From assembly GCA_902520595.1 (NCBI GenBank), contig CABYOM010000002.1, positions 434-64,433 of the forward strand: a stretch of 64,000 bases of DNA, in the 5' to 3' direction. Each line of letters opens with the position of its first letter. Positions within the stretch are counted from its first letter, which is position 1. Under the pieces are notes generated by a model. The model was given only the letters and a program-made list of their open reading frames with translations, did not search any database and was not told the DNA's origin. The DNA is from an uncultured Candidatus Poseidoniales archaeon. GTDB lineage: Archaea; Thermoplasmatota; Poseidoniia; Poseidoniales; Poseidoniaceae. Positions 36,881 through 47,222 of the stretch are shown in pieces. The position numbers were made by a program, and so were the translations under genes.

Positions 36881-37180
36881 ATGGACATAGCAGTTGTTGG
36901 AACTCCAGAATTCACCCTTGGATTCCAACTTGCAGGTATTGATAATCTGCATAACCCAGAAGGCGAAGACGCAACCGTCTCGACCTTCAAAAAACTACTC
37001 AACAATAAGAGCGTAGGGATTGTCGTGGTTGACTCCTCAATCCTAACTACGCTGCCAGAGCGTCTTCGTGACCAACTCTCGGCATCCGTCTCTCCGACCG
37101 TGCTTGGCATTGGAACGGAAGAAGACACTACCTTACGAGACACAATTCGTAAGGCTATAGGAGTCGACCTGTGGAAGTAA
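36881..37180 (+). CDS. atpF: A/V-type ATP synthase subunit F
   Basis: [17 protein letters not shown]...[10 protein letters not shown]. Confidence 0.93.
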   Translation: MDIAVVGTPEFTLGFQLAGIDNLHNPEGEDATVSTFKKLLNNKSVGIVVVDSSILTTLPERLRDQLSASVSPTVLGIGTEEDTTLRDTIRKAIGVDLWK

Positions 37181-37208
37181 TGTTCCAAACTATATGGAGG
37201 AAATAAAA

Positions 37209-38948
37209 ATGAGCAATGAAGGAGTAATTTACCGAATATCGGGACCTGTTGTAACCGCAACTGGCATGAAAGCTGCAATGTATGACGTGGTTCGTGTTGG
37301 TGACGAAGGTTTGATGGGCGAAGTAATTGAACTGCACGGCGATAAAGCCGTTATCCAAGTGTACGAAGATACCTCTGGTATTCGTCCTGGTGAACCAGTA
37401 TTGAATACCCAAGAAACGTTATCCGTCTCTTTAGGCCCAGGTCTCTTGACTCAAATTTACGATGGAATTCAGCGCCCTCTTCCAACTTTGGAAGAAGAAA
37501 TGGGCGTTTTCATTACTCGAGGTGTTGATGCAGATGCTTTCGACCTCGAAAAGATTTGGACGTTCGAGCCTCAAGTCGCTGTAGGCGATTCTGTGGTTGG
37601 CGGTCAAGTCATCGGTCACGTTCAAGAAACTGAAACAATCATTCACAAAATCATGGTACCTCCTACCGTCACTGGTGTTGTGAAATCGATTGAATCAGGT
37701 GATTACAACGTCACACAAACCGTGTGTGTTCTTGAAGACGGCACTGAGATGCAAATGATGCAGAAGTGGCCTGTTCGAACACCTCGTCCATTCCAGCAAA
37801 AGTATGCTCCGGATACTCCACTGATTACCGGTATGCGAATTCTGGATTTCTTGTTCCCACTTGCTAAGGGTGGAGCAGCAGGTATCCCTGGTCCTTTTGG
37901 TTCAGGAAAAACTGTTACTCAACAATCTCTCGCAAAGTATTCTGACGCTCAGCTGGTTGTCTATATCGGATGCGGAGAACGTGGAAACGAGATGACTGAA
38001 GTGTTGGACGAATTCCCTCACTTGATTGATCCAAACACCGGTAAGCCTTTGATGAACAGAACCGTCATGATTGCGAACACCTCCAACATGCCTGTTGCAG
38101 CACGTGAAGCATCTGTATATACTGGAATTACCATTGCAGAATACTTCCGTGATATGGGCTATGATGTCGCATTGATGGCAGACTCAACCTCTCGTTGGGC
38201 TGAAGCAATGCGTGAAATCTCCTCTCGTCTGGAAGAAATGCCAGGTGAAGAAGGATATCCTGCTTACTTGTCTTCTCGAATTGCTGAGTTCTATGAACGT
38301 GCTGGCCGTGTTGAAACCCTCAGTGGCGAAGACGGTTCAGTCACAGTCATTGGTGCAGTTTCACCTCCTGGTGGAGACATTTCCGAACCGGTTTCCCAAG
38401 GAACACTTCGTATTGTCAAGGTTTTCTGGGGACTGGATGCAGGTCTTGCCCGACAACGTCACTTCCCAGCGATTAACTGGCTAAACTCGTATTCCTTATA
38501 TCCGCAAAGTCTCGACCAGTGGTTCCGCGACAACATCGCTCAAGATTTCCCAGAAATTCGAACACAAGTCAGCGGTCTACTTCAAGTTGAAGCTGAATTG
38601 CAAGAAATCGTTCAATTGGTTGGTTCTGACGCACTTCCTGTTGACCAACAGTTGACTCTTGAAGTTGCTCGAATGATTCGAGAGTTCTTTTTGCAACAGA
38701 ACGGATTCCACGATGTTGATGCTTACTGTGACATCCACTTGCAATATCAAATGGCAAAGGCAATCCTTTCCTTCCAAGAATCTGCAAAGTCTGCTATGGC
38801 TGGCGGTGCACAACTCAATGATGTCGTCAACGTACCATCTCGTTCAGACCTTATGCGTGGTCGTTTCGAAAAGGGATACATCGACATCATCAACGACATG
38901 GTCAAGAAAATGACCGATGAAATCGCCGATACGGTGGAGGATAACTAA
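37209..38948 (+). CDS. atpA: A/V-type ATP synthase subunit A (no intein)
   Basis: [51 protein letters not shown]. Confidence 0.98.
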   Translation: MSNEGVIYRISGPVVTATGMKAAMYDVVRVGDEGLMGEVIELHGDKAVIQVYEDTSGIRPGEPVLNTQETLSVSLGPGLLTQIYDGIQRPLPTLEEEMGVFITRGVDADAFDLEKIWTFEPQVAVGDSVVGGQVIGHVQETETIIHKIMVPPTVTGVVKSIESGDYNVTQTVCVLEDGTEMQMMQKWPVRTPRPFQQKYAPDTPLITGMRILDFLFPLAKGGAAGIPGPFGSGKTVTQQSLAKYSDAQLVVYIGCGERGNEMTEVLDEFPHLIDPNTGKPLMNRTVMIANTSNMPVAAREASVYTGITIAEYFRDMGYDVALMADSTSRWAEAMREISSRLEEMPGEEGYPAYLSSRIAEFYERAGRVETLSGEDGSVTVIGAVSPPGGDISEPVSQGTLRIVKVFWGLDAGLARQRHFPAINWLNSYSLYPQSLDQWFRDNIAQDFPEIRTQVSGLLQVEAELQEIVQLVGSDALPVDQQLTLEVARMIREFFLQQNGFHDVDAYCDIHLQYQMAKAILSFQESAKSAMAGGAQLNDVVNVPSRSDLMRGRFEKGYIDIINDMVKKMTDEIADTVEDN

Positions 38949-38961
38949 GGAGAGGAATATC

Positions 38962-40341
38962 ATGACTGGAAAAGAATACCGAACCATTACTGACGTGAAA
39001 GGCCCACTGGTCTTTTTGAACAAAACTGAACCTGTTGCTTTTGGTGAAATCGTAACTCTACGACTCTCCAATGGAACCATCAAGAACGGACAAGTTCTCG
39101 ATACTTCTGACGATCTTGTTATCGTTCAAGTTTTCGAAGGGACATCCAAGATTGACCGAGAATCAGGTGTCACCTTCATGGGAGATGTTTTCAAACTCCC
39201 AGTGAGTACTGACCTTGTCGGTCGTATTCTGGATGGAGCAGGACGACCACGTGACGGCGGTCCTGAAATCGTAGCTGAAAAGAAAGCCGATATTATTGGT
39301 GCTGCAATTAACCCATACAGCCGACAGAGTCCAAATGATTTCATTCAAACCGGTGTCTCTGCAATCGACCTGTGTACAAGTCTTGTTCGTGGACAAAAGT
39401 TGCCGATTTTCTCAGCATCTGGTCTTCCACACAACGATATTGCTTTGCAAATTGCTCGTCAAGCGAAACTCAAGGATTCTGATGAAGAGTTCGTTGTTGT
39501 ATTCTGCGCAATGGGAATCACTGCTGAAGAATACAATTTCTTCCGTTCCGACTTAGAGCGCACAGGCGCTCTTGAAAATGCTGTATTGTTCGTCAATCTT
39601 GCTGACGACCCTGCTGTCGAGCGAATTATTACCCCTCGTCTGGCATTGACCGCAGCAGAATATCTTGCGTTTGAGAAAGATTACCACGTCTTGGTTATCT
39701 ATACAGACATGACCAATTATTGTGACGCTCTGCGACAAATTGGTGCTGCTCGTGAAGAAGTACCTGGACGACGTGGATACCCGGGATACATGTATACCGA
39801 TTTGGCAATGCTCTACGAACGTGCAGGTATTATCAAGAACAAGAAGGGTTCAATCACTCAATTCCCAATTCTGACCATGCCTGGTGACGATATTACGCAC
39901 CCAATTCCTGATTTGTCTGGTTATATTACTGAAGGACAAATCGTTATTTCACGTGAATTGCACCAACAAGGTATCTATCCGCCAATCAACGTTCTGCCAT
40001 CACTCTCTCGTTTGATGGGTTCATGTATCGGTGAGAAGACGACACGTGAAGACCACAAGTCCGTTTCAGACCAGATGTATGCTGCATATGCTCAGGGACG
40101 TGAGTTGCGTGGATTAGTCGCTATTGTTGGTGAGGATGCACTGAATGAGCGTGACAAGCAATTGCTTGACTTCTCGGGCGTTTTCGAAGACAAGTTCCTC
40201 CGCCAAACCCGTGATGAAGACCGTTCAATTGAGGAGACTCTTGATTTGTGCTGGAATTTGATGTCGTCAATCGACACCAAGTATCTTGTCCGTCTTGACC
40301 AAAAGTGGATCGATAAGTATCATCCAGATAACAAGGCTTGA
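38962..40341 (+). CDS. atpB: A/V-type ATP synthase subunit B
   Basis: [48 protein letters not shown]. Confidence 0.98.
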   Translation: MTGKEYRTITDVKGPLVFLNKTEPVAFGEIVTLRLSNGTIKNGQVLDTSDDLVIVQVFEGTSKIDRESGVTFMGDVFKLPVSTDLVGRILDGAGRPRDGGPEIVAEKKADIIGAAINPYSRQSPNDFIQTGVSAIDLCTSLVRGQKLPIFSASGLPHNDIALQIARQAKLKDSDEEFVVVFCAMGITAEEYNFFRSDLERTGALENAVLFVNLADDPAVERIITPRLALTAAEYLAFEKDYHVLVIYTDMTNYCDALRQIGAAREEVPGRRGYPGYMYTDLAMLYERAGIIKNKKGSITQFPILTMPGDDITHPIPDLSGYITEGQIVISRELHQQGIYPPINVLPSLSRLMGSCIGEKTTREDHKSVSDQMYAAYAQGRELRGLVAIVGEDALNERDKQLLDFSGVFEDKFLRQTRDEDRSIEETLDLCWNLMSSIDTKYLVRLDQKWIDKYHPDNKA

Positions 40342-40376
40342 GACCAATTATTGGATGCAAGAGGAGGTGAAAGAAC

Positions 40377-40994
40377 ATGGCACTCGACATCAAACCAACC
40401 CGCAGTGAGTTGATTAAACTCAAGGGACGGATTAAGCAAACCAAAAACGGTTACAAGTTGCTTAAGATGAAGCGAGACGGTTTGTTTCACGAGTTCCGAA
40501 CACTTCTTTCCGACATGATTGCTGCAAAGCGTGACCTCACCGATACGTACCGTATGGCTAAACAGCGAATTGACCTTGCAAATGCGATTGAAGGAGGATT
40601 GGCTGTCCGTGCTGCTGCGATTGCAAACACCGGTCATCCAGAAGTTGAAGTTGAACGCCGAAACATCATGGGTGTCGTTGTTCCAAGTGTGAGTGGGACC
40701 AATTTGAAATCCACCTTTGAAGAGCGAGGCGTCGGATACATTGGTTCATCACCGTATATCGATGAAGCTGGAGAATCATTTGGTAACTTGATTGAAAAGA
40801 TTGTCAAAGCCTCGGAAATGGAAGCTACGCTCAAGCGTCTCCTTCAAGAAATCGAGGCGACCAAGCGACGTGTCAATGCTTTGGAGTTCAAGGTAATCCC
40901 TGAACTTGAAGAAGCACGAGTCTTCATTCAACTCCGTCTTGAAGAAATGGAACGAGAAGAAACGTTCCGTCTCAAGCGTTTCAAGAACAAGTGA
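40377..40994 (+). CDS. atpD: A/V-type ATP synthase subunit D
   Basis: KPTRSEL, GYKLLKMKRD, TKRRVNALE, LEEMEREETFRLK. Confidence 0.97.
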   Translation: MALDIKPTRSELIKLKGRIKQTKNGYKLLKMKRDGLFHEFRTLLSDMIAAKRDLTDTYRMAKQRIDLANAIEGGLAVRAAAIANTGHPEVEVERRNIMGVVVPSVSGTNLKSTFEERGVGYIGSSPYIDEAGESFGNLIEKIVKASEMEATLKRLLQEIEATKRRVNALEFKVIPELEEARVFIQLRLEEMEREETFRLKRFKNK

Positions 40995-41069
40995 TTTCGC
41001 TCAACCCATTAGCAGGTTGAGGGATTCCTTCAAAGGGGAAGCAGAATTACAAAGATTTGAGGAGATAGT

Positions 41070-43628
41070 ATGCCTGACAACTTTGATGACTCTTTGGCTG
41101 AAGATTCTCCTCAAGAATCGATGCCTGCTCATCGTTCAGAATGGAAGCAACAGGATTTGCTAGCATCAATACTGAGTCGCTTTTTTTATCTCTCAAACAA
41201 CATGTCGGGAGGAATTCTTCCGGCATGGGCGGTATCACCTAAAGACGACAAGGAAATCGACGATTGTCTCGATGAAGCGAACGCCCACCTCAAGAAACTC
41301 GGTTGGGCTGCAAAATTATCCCAAAACGAAGGTTGGATAGTCCAACTGTTCCCTCTTCCTGAACGACAATTCCCATCACGGAATGTCACGCTGATGATGT
41401 GGACTTTTTCGGCACTAACCCTCACACTTGCAGGCGCTTATTGGATGGATGGTTCACGTCCATCTGGTGGCTGGTTTTCAGATTCTACCTTTACAGATTC
41501 TGTACTTGGATACACGCTTCCAGTTCTTGGAAGCCTTTTTGTTGCTTCACACATTCAAAAGAGGGTTGCTTCTCACTTCAATCACCGTGTTGGACACATT
41601 ACTCCAATACCTGAACCAACCATCTCTCTGTGGAGTTTGGGTTTACTTTCCCAAGCCTCTTTGGTTTGGCCATTTGGTCTCTTCCTCATACCGACCTTGC
41701 CTCGCATGGATGCTCGATTATGGGACGATCGCAAAGTCTTGGGATGGGTTGCTGTATCTGTCCCTGCCACATTGATAACTCTCGGTATGCTGTTGTGGGG
41801 ACTCGGGTTATGGCTTACCCCCGAATATGTTGCGGTTACTGGTTCGCAAAATGTGGCTCAAGCCCCCTTCTTAATCGAAATTTTAGGTCAATGGCAAATC
41901 GACGGTTATCTCAACCGGTTAATTTGGTCTCATCCATTTGTCAAAGCCGGTGCCCTGTTGACTTTTTTTGGTTGGATATCTCTTCTTCCGATACCAACCT
42001 TCCCTGGCGGCCGAATAATGATTGCTCGTGCTGGTCCATCTGAAGCCCGAAGCAGCAATAATCAAATTTTCATATTCCTCCTCATACTTGCTTTCGCCTG
42101 GATGTTTGATGCCTTCAATGGCTTTACAATTTGGATTTTTGTCCTGACATTAATTTTGCCTTTATTGCTTTTCATGGGTACGGACAGAAGTTCCCCACTT
42201 ATTCTCAACGAACCGAAGGGGCTCGACTTACCGGCGATGAAAAATATCGGATTTGTCATGCTTATCGCGGTATTATTCGCTTTACCAAGTCAGGTTCCAT
42301 TCCAAATTGATACAGAATGGAATTCTGAAGCTGAATATGATATTGATACGAATTATACTGCACTACAGATAGACGGTCAGTGGAATGCTTTGGTCTCAGT
42401 TCACGTGATGAACCCCTCTTCAGTCAACCGTGATTGGGCAGTTGACTTTGACAACCATAATCCGCATTTAGACGCTTGGGAGAGTTCGTGGGACTGTGAT
42501 GGTGAAGATTCACTCAATGTCAACGGAGGAGGTTGTGGAAGCACCTTACCGCCTCATACGCACACGACTGTCGTCCTTAACCTCACATGGAGCGAACAAT
42601 CGTTCGAACCTACGACGTTAGATTTTTCTTTGATTTCTCTCACTGAAGGTGAATATGATAGCCATGCTATTTCCATTCGCCCTGACCTTCCAGTTCATCC
42701 TGAAACTCCTTGGCAGATGTATTTTGATGAAGGCGAAATGAAACGGTGCATGGACCTTCAATCGTCTACGGATGATGTTCTGAATGTTACTTTCCCGAAT
42801 GCTGGACAAGTTTCCAATCTTCAATCTCGATTGCAGTGGATTGAAGGGTATAGCAACCTCTCGGCTAGTTTCGAACAGACTCCAGATCGCCTTTGTATAC
42901 GTGGTTTAGACCCTGTTGTATTGCGCACTTCTGAATTGGATCATGTTCAACTCAACAACTATACTTTCGATGGTGGTTTGCCTGAACTACCTTTAGTCGC
43001 TGTTGTTCCAGAAACTGGATGGAATATTACCAGTGACCCATCGCTAGGTTGGGGATTTATGCTCAATTCAAGTGGTCTTTTGAGTTCAATTGACGATCTG
43101 TGCCCACTTAACCCGTCCCTCTCAATACCTCCTTCCCCTTCAGAGGGTCAGTGGATTTGGGACCTCGATGTTCGAAAGATTTCCAATATCCCTGCTGTGG
43201 ACAACGCAAATGAATCACTCGTCGTTCAAATGTCAGACGACTCGAGTATGCATGTGTGCTCACCCGAACTTTCTGTTGAGCCGAAATTCAATTTCACTGT
43301 TGAGCAAGGTCCTGAACTGATTTTCCAACGCTACAACACCTCTCATCGAATCTGGTCGAACATGTGGATGGCCGCCCACAATGACTCCCTCATACAACCC
43401 GGAGGCGCCACATTTTCGGTCTATAGTTCAAGCAACGTATCGGTTCCTGTACAGTTGAACTATCAAGGAAATGGAGAGCAATGGACAACAGTTCTCTCAA
43501 CCAATACACTGCAATTTGGATGGAACTCATTTGAATTTGAACCATCGACGAGTAATTCTACTCTTTCGACGCTTTGGTTTGATCACCAAGATGGGGCCCT
43601 TGTCATCCATCTGTCAAGTTATGTATGA
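41070..43628 (+). CDS. Site-2 protease (M50)-like membrane protein lacking catalytic motifs, with a large C-terminal soluble domain
   Basis: Multi-TM N-terminal half with HPFVKAG and ISLLPIPTFPGGRI (cf. NLLPxxxLDGG); no HExxH. Confidence 0.65.
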   Translation: MPDNFDDSLAEDSPQESMPAHRSEWKQQDLLASILSRFFYLSNNMSGGILPAWAVSPKDDKEIDDCLDEANAHLKKLGWAAKLSQNEGWIVQLFPLPERQFPSRNVTLMMWTFSALTLTLAGAYWMDGSRPSGGWFSDSTFTDSVLGYTLPVLGSLFVASHIQKRVASHFNHRVGHITPIPEPTISLWSLGLLSQASLVWPFGLFLIPTLPRMDARLWDDRKVLGWVAVSVPATLITLGMLLWGLGLWLTPEYVAVTGSQNVAQAPFLIEILGQWQIDGYLNRLIWSHPFVKAGALLTFFGWISLLPIPTFPGGRIMIARAGPSEARSSNNQIFIFLLILAFAWMFDAFNGFTIWIFVLTLILPLLLFMGTDRSSPLILNEPKGLDLPAMKNIGFVMLIAVLFALPSQVPFQIDTEWNSEAEYDIDTNYTALQIDGQWNALVSVHVMNPSSVNRDWAVDFDNHNPHLDAWESSWDCDGEDSLNVNGGGCGSTLPPHTHTTVVLNLTWSEQSFEPTTLDFSLISLTEGEYDSHAISIRPDLPVHPETPWQMYFDEGEMKRCMDLQSSTDDVLNVTFPNAGQVSNLQSRLQWIEGYSNLSASFEQTPDRLCIRGLDPVVLRTSELDHVQLNNYTFDGGLPELPLVAVVPETGWNITSDPSLGWGFMLNSSGLLSSIDDLCPLNPSLSIPPSPSEGQWIWDLDVRKISNIPAVDNANESLVVQMSDDSSMHVCSPELSVEPKFNFTVEQGPELIFQRYNTSHRIWSNMWMAAHNDSLIQPGGATFSVYSSSNVSVPVQLNYQGNGEQWTTVLSTNTLQFGWNSFEFEPSTSNSTLSTLWFDHQDGALVIHLSSYV

Positions 43629-43637
43629 GGTGTCAAC

Positions 43638-44573
43638 ATGCGTATTGCAATCTTAGGAGCAGGTTCGCTTGGCTCCCTGTATGCGGCACTCCTCTCACGC
43701 GTTCACGGTGTTGAACTTCTTGTTCACGGTCAAGGACCTCATGGCGCTCACATGACTGCACATGGTTTGCAATTAGACGGAGAAGATACCCATTTCGTGT
43801 CGAACAGTGACGTCTTTTTCTCTCTTGAAGAGGTTGGTCTCCCAGAACAATCATTTGGAACAATCGACTTTGCTCTACTTACAGGTAAAGCGGAGCAGAC
43901 CTCCGCTCTGGCGCTCTTAGCCCACCGTTTGCTGAGTGAGAATGGAATGGCGCTCTGTTTGAGTAATGGTTTAGGCCATGCCGAGAAATGCATCGAAATT
44001 CTCGGTCCTCAGCGTGTTTTTGCTGCGACTTCTACTCATGGAGCTTGGCGTCCATCTGCGGGCGTTGTTCAATGGGCAGGTAAAGGACAGACCGTTCTCG
44101 GCTCATTACCGGGTGGTCCAGGAGAGACTGAAGCCAAACCCTTGCTGGATGCACTCTCATCTGCTGGTTTAGAACCAGTTTGGTCATCCGATGGTTTGGC
44201 TGCTATTTGGAAGAAGGTACTTCTCAATATTGCGATCAATCCTCTTGCTGCTTTGGCGGGGGCTGAAAACGGTACTTTATTGGAACCTGATTTATTTTCC
44301 TCTGCTTTTTCAACAATGCTCGAAGGTGCTGCAGTTGCTCGAATTGAGCGAGTAAACATTCCAGATGATGCTGAACTTGAGAATCTCTTACGACATGTCC
44401 TTACTGCGACCTCGTCTAACGTTTGCAGTATGCTTCAAGACATCAGGGCTGGCAGGAATACGGAAATTGCAGTGTTAAATCAAGCGATTTCTTTGCGTGG
44501 CGAACGTGCTGGAATTGCCACTCCACTCAATCAAATGCTGACTTCAATGGTCAAAGCCCTTCATCCTCGATAA
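43638..44573 (+). CDS. panE: 2-dehydropantoate 2-reductase
   Basis: IAILGAGSLG, NGLG, WKKVLLNIAINPL, SMLQDIRAGRNTEI. Confidence 0.92.
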   Translation: MRIAILGAGSLGSLYAALLSRVHGVELLVHGQGPHGAHMTAHGLQLDGEDTHFVSNSDVFFSLEEVGLPEQSFGTIDFALLTGKAEQTSALALLAHRLLSENGMALCLSNGLGHAEKCIEILGPQRVFAATSTHGAWRPSAGVVQWAGKGQTVLGSLPGGPGETEAKPLLDALSSAGLEPVWSSDGLAAIWKKVLLNIAINPLAALAGAENGTLLEPDLFSSAFSTMLEGAAVARIERVNIPDDAELENLLRHVLTATSSNVCSMLQDIRAGRNTEIAVLNQAISLRGERAGIATPLNQMLTSMVKALHPR

Positions 44574-46182
44574 GGTCTTTATTGTAATGCAGTCCTCTGT
44601 TTTCTGTGCGATTTAACGCATCTTCAGTGACCAATTGACCAACTAAAACCAGGTTTCTTAACTCTACAATTTGTCTTGAAGGAAGAGCCTTTCGCCAGAT
44701 GAAGTCTACTTCTTTTGATAGCAGTTCTAGGCGGCGAGAAGCGCGATGAAGCCGTGTAAATCTTCGAACAATACCAACTTCTCTGGACATTGTATTGCAC
44801 AGAGATTCTCTATCGTGGCTTAATGATACATGTTCAGTTAAGTTCTCCAACCCATCTGCACGCCAATCAGGTAACTTGCAATCTTTGGTTTGAGGTTTTG
44901 ATTCAATGATGTGATTGGCAGCACGCGCAGCATAAACGACCGCTTCAAGCAAACTGTTCGAAGCCAATCTATTGGCTCCATGCATTCCAGTACAGGCAAC
45001 TTCCCCAATAGCATACAATGACGGTAAAACCCCCCCCGTATCTCGACAATGCGGTCTACCAACATCGTCAACAGCCAATCCTCCAACGATATAGTGGGCA
45101 GCAGGTGAAACTGGCAACGGGTCCCTACCAAGGACCAAGTTATGTCTCTTGAGGCGATTTTGAATATTGGGGAAGTGGTCTTGCAGGTGTTCCTGATTGA
45201 GATGGGACGTGATAAGATGAACATGCTTGTCTCCAGTTTCCTTCAACTGTTGGTCAATAGCGCGTGCGACGATGTCGCGAGTTGCCATTGAACCGAGAGG
45301 AGAGTGGTTGAGTGTGAATGAAAAAGGACCGGGCAAGACTTCAACACCTTTTTCTTTCGCCAATTTGACTTCAGCCTGCCAGTTACGAAGCCCTTCACCG
45401 TCAAGGATGACTCCACCTTCCCCTCTCATTGCTTCGGTGATTAAGAATGGTCGATCAGAATTGACGGCCAAGGCTGTCGGGTGGAACTGAATAAAGGCCA
45501 TGTCTTTGACTGCTGCTCCAGCTCTGTAAGCCATTGCTAATCCATCACCAGTTGCCACCGGCGGGTTCGTCGTTTGAGACCATAATTGTCCGACACCTCC
45601 AGTCGCTAGCATCAATACATCAGCAGGTTCGGTAAAGACCGTATCGTTTTCTTGATTTAAGCACCAGACACCAGCAATACCTTTTGACGGATTTTTATGT
45701 TCTGTTTGAATCAAATCTATCGCTAATGTATTGGGTTTGAGTATGATGTTGGGATGAGCGCTTGCAGCATCATTTAATGCACGTTCAATCTCTTTTCCAG
45801 TGGCATCTTTAGCGTGTAAAATCCGCCGTTCGGAATGCCCTCCTTCCTTTACAAAGTGAAATTCACCATCGGCATCGGTTTCAAATCGAACGCCAATGTT
45901 CAGTAAATCGTGGATTCTCGCTCCAGATTCTTCAATGACGCTACGAACGACTTTTTCATCGCACATACCGTCGCCGCTGACCAGTGTGTCGCTGATGTGT
46001 GAATTAAGGCCTAAACCATCGGTTTTATCGAGAATAGCAGCAATACCGCCTTGAGCCCAATTTGTTGAGGAATCTACTGGCCGTTGCTTAGTTATGACGG
46101 TTACGTCGTGCCCAGCATCTGCAAGCCGTAAAGCGGCAAATAAGCCTGCAATTCCACTTCCAATGATGACGATACGTGCCAT
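44551..46182 (-). CDS. nadB: L-aspartate oxidase
   Basis: IIGSGIAGL, WAQGGIAA, EGGHSERRILH, QFHPT, LITEAMRGEG, GMHGANRLASNSLLEA. Confidence 0.95.
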   Translation of the reverse strand: MARIVIIGSGIAGLFAALRLADAGHDVTVITKQRPVDSSTNWAQGGIAAILDKTDGLGLNSHISDTLVSGDGMCDEKVVRSVIEESGARIHDLLNIGVRFETDADGEFHFVKEGGHSERRILHAKDATGKEIERALNDAASAHPNIILKPNTLAIDLIQTEHKNPSKGIAGVWCLNQENDTVFTEPADVLMLATGGVGQLWSQTTNPPVATGDGLAMAYRAGAAVKDMAFIQFHPTALAVNSDRPFLITEAMRGEGGVILDGEGLRNWQAEVKLAKEKGVEVLPGPFSFTLNHSPLGSMATRDIVARAIDQQLKETGDKHVHLITSHLNQEHLQDHFPNIQNRLKRHNLVLGRDPLPVSPAAHYIVGGLAVDDVGRPHCRDTGGVLPSLYAIGEVACTGMHGANRLASNSLLEAVVYAARAANHIIESKPQTKDCKLPDWRADGLENLTEHVSLSHDRESLCNTMSREVGIVRRFTRLHRASRRLELLSKEVDFIWRKALPSRQIVELRNLVLVGQLVTEDALNRTENRGLHYNKDLIEDEGL

Positions 46183-46275
46183 GAGTATCCCGCCTACATT
46201 GAGGGGTGCATGCTGCCCCATTTCACCTCATCGGAAAGCGAAACCGCTATGTTCGGCCCACGATTACATCCTCAT

Positions 46276-47055
46276 ATGGCGAGCATTCGTGATGTTCTCG
46301 GAATCCTTTTTGGAACATTCCTCGTCGGTTTCTCTATCGGTAATGCTGGTCTTGGAAAAGTTGCTCCTTACTTCATTAACGGAGCCGAAAATACGAAGAT
46401 GATAATCACCAGAATGTTTGAGCCGCATTGCAGTATATCCATCATCGAAGAAGAATTAGCGAATGGTGATCAACCCTACTGTCTTGATGCAGTTGGCGTT
46501 TGGGATGGCGTTGATTTCTTGTTTCTCGGACTCGGATTGTTTGTCTTGCTGTATGGGCGTGTTGGTTTTACCCGAGTAGGAAGGCGCTCTCAGCGCCTCT
46601 ATCACGTTCTTTTCGCTACCGGTGCTGCATTGTTTAGCATCGCTATCCTTGACCGACTCAACTTTTTGCCGCGTGCTGCAAGTTCAGAAGGAATTTCAGA
46701 ACTCATCCCTTTCTATGTTCATCCTTTCTTGGTTCAGTGCATCATTGCTGCAATTGGGGCTTTCCTAATGGCTGGGCCAAAATATTGGGAAGCTGAAGCA
46801 ATTGAACAATCAAGGGAGCGATTAACCAAGCAAAGAGATGTTGCTGATGCTTTTAGAGGTACTTTTGGTTCGGTTAAAATGTCTCTCTCATCTCGAAGTG
46901 GTACGACGAAACGAATCGCTCGCAGTCGGATTCTCAAAAAGGATTCTCACTTGCACATGACTCGAATGCCGTCAAAAAGTATCAAAGTTCTTGCAACTTG
47001 TCCATATTGTAAGGGCGGCGGATGTAAGGAATGTGGCAATACAGGGACACTGTGA
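46276..47055 (+). CDS. Membrane protein with a C-terminal CxxC..CxxC zinc finger
   Basis: About four TMs; ends CPYCKGGGCKECGNTGTL. Start uncertain (46210-46276). Confidence 0.65.
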   Translation: MASIRDVLGILFGTFLVGFSIGNAGLGKVAPYFINGAENTKMIITRMFEPHCSISIIEEELANGDQPYCLDAVGVWDGVDFLFLGLGLFVLLYGRVGFTRVGRRSQRLYHVLFATGAALFSIAILDRLNFLPRAASSEGISELIPFYVHPFLVQCIIAAIGAFLMAGPKYWEAEAIEQSRERLTKQRDVADAFRGTFGSVKMSLSSRSGTTKRIARSRILKKDSHLHMTRMPSKSIKVLATCPYCKGGGCKECGNTGTL

Positions 47056-47222
47056 AGCATTCCTTTGTTTTGATATCTTTTGATTTGCAAGCCTTTCGGC
47101 TCGTTCAATTACATGGCCAAAACCACTGCACTGCCCCTCTCTGACTCGCATTGTTTAAGACCTGTGGGAGATGGGTGTCGAGAATAAGGTCGAAGGAAAC
47201 AACTTCGATTAGAGGGATAGGG

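Noticed and set aside
37209-38948. Intein in AtpA (known in some Thermoplasmatales and Thermococcales)
   Set aside because: Normal length of about 580 aa and a continuous GSGKTV P-loop.
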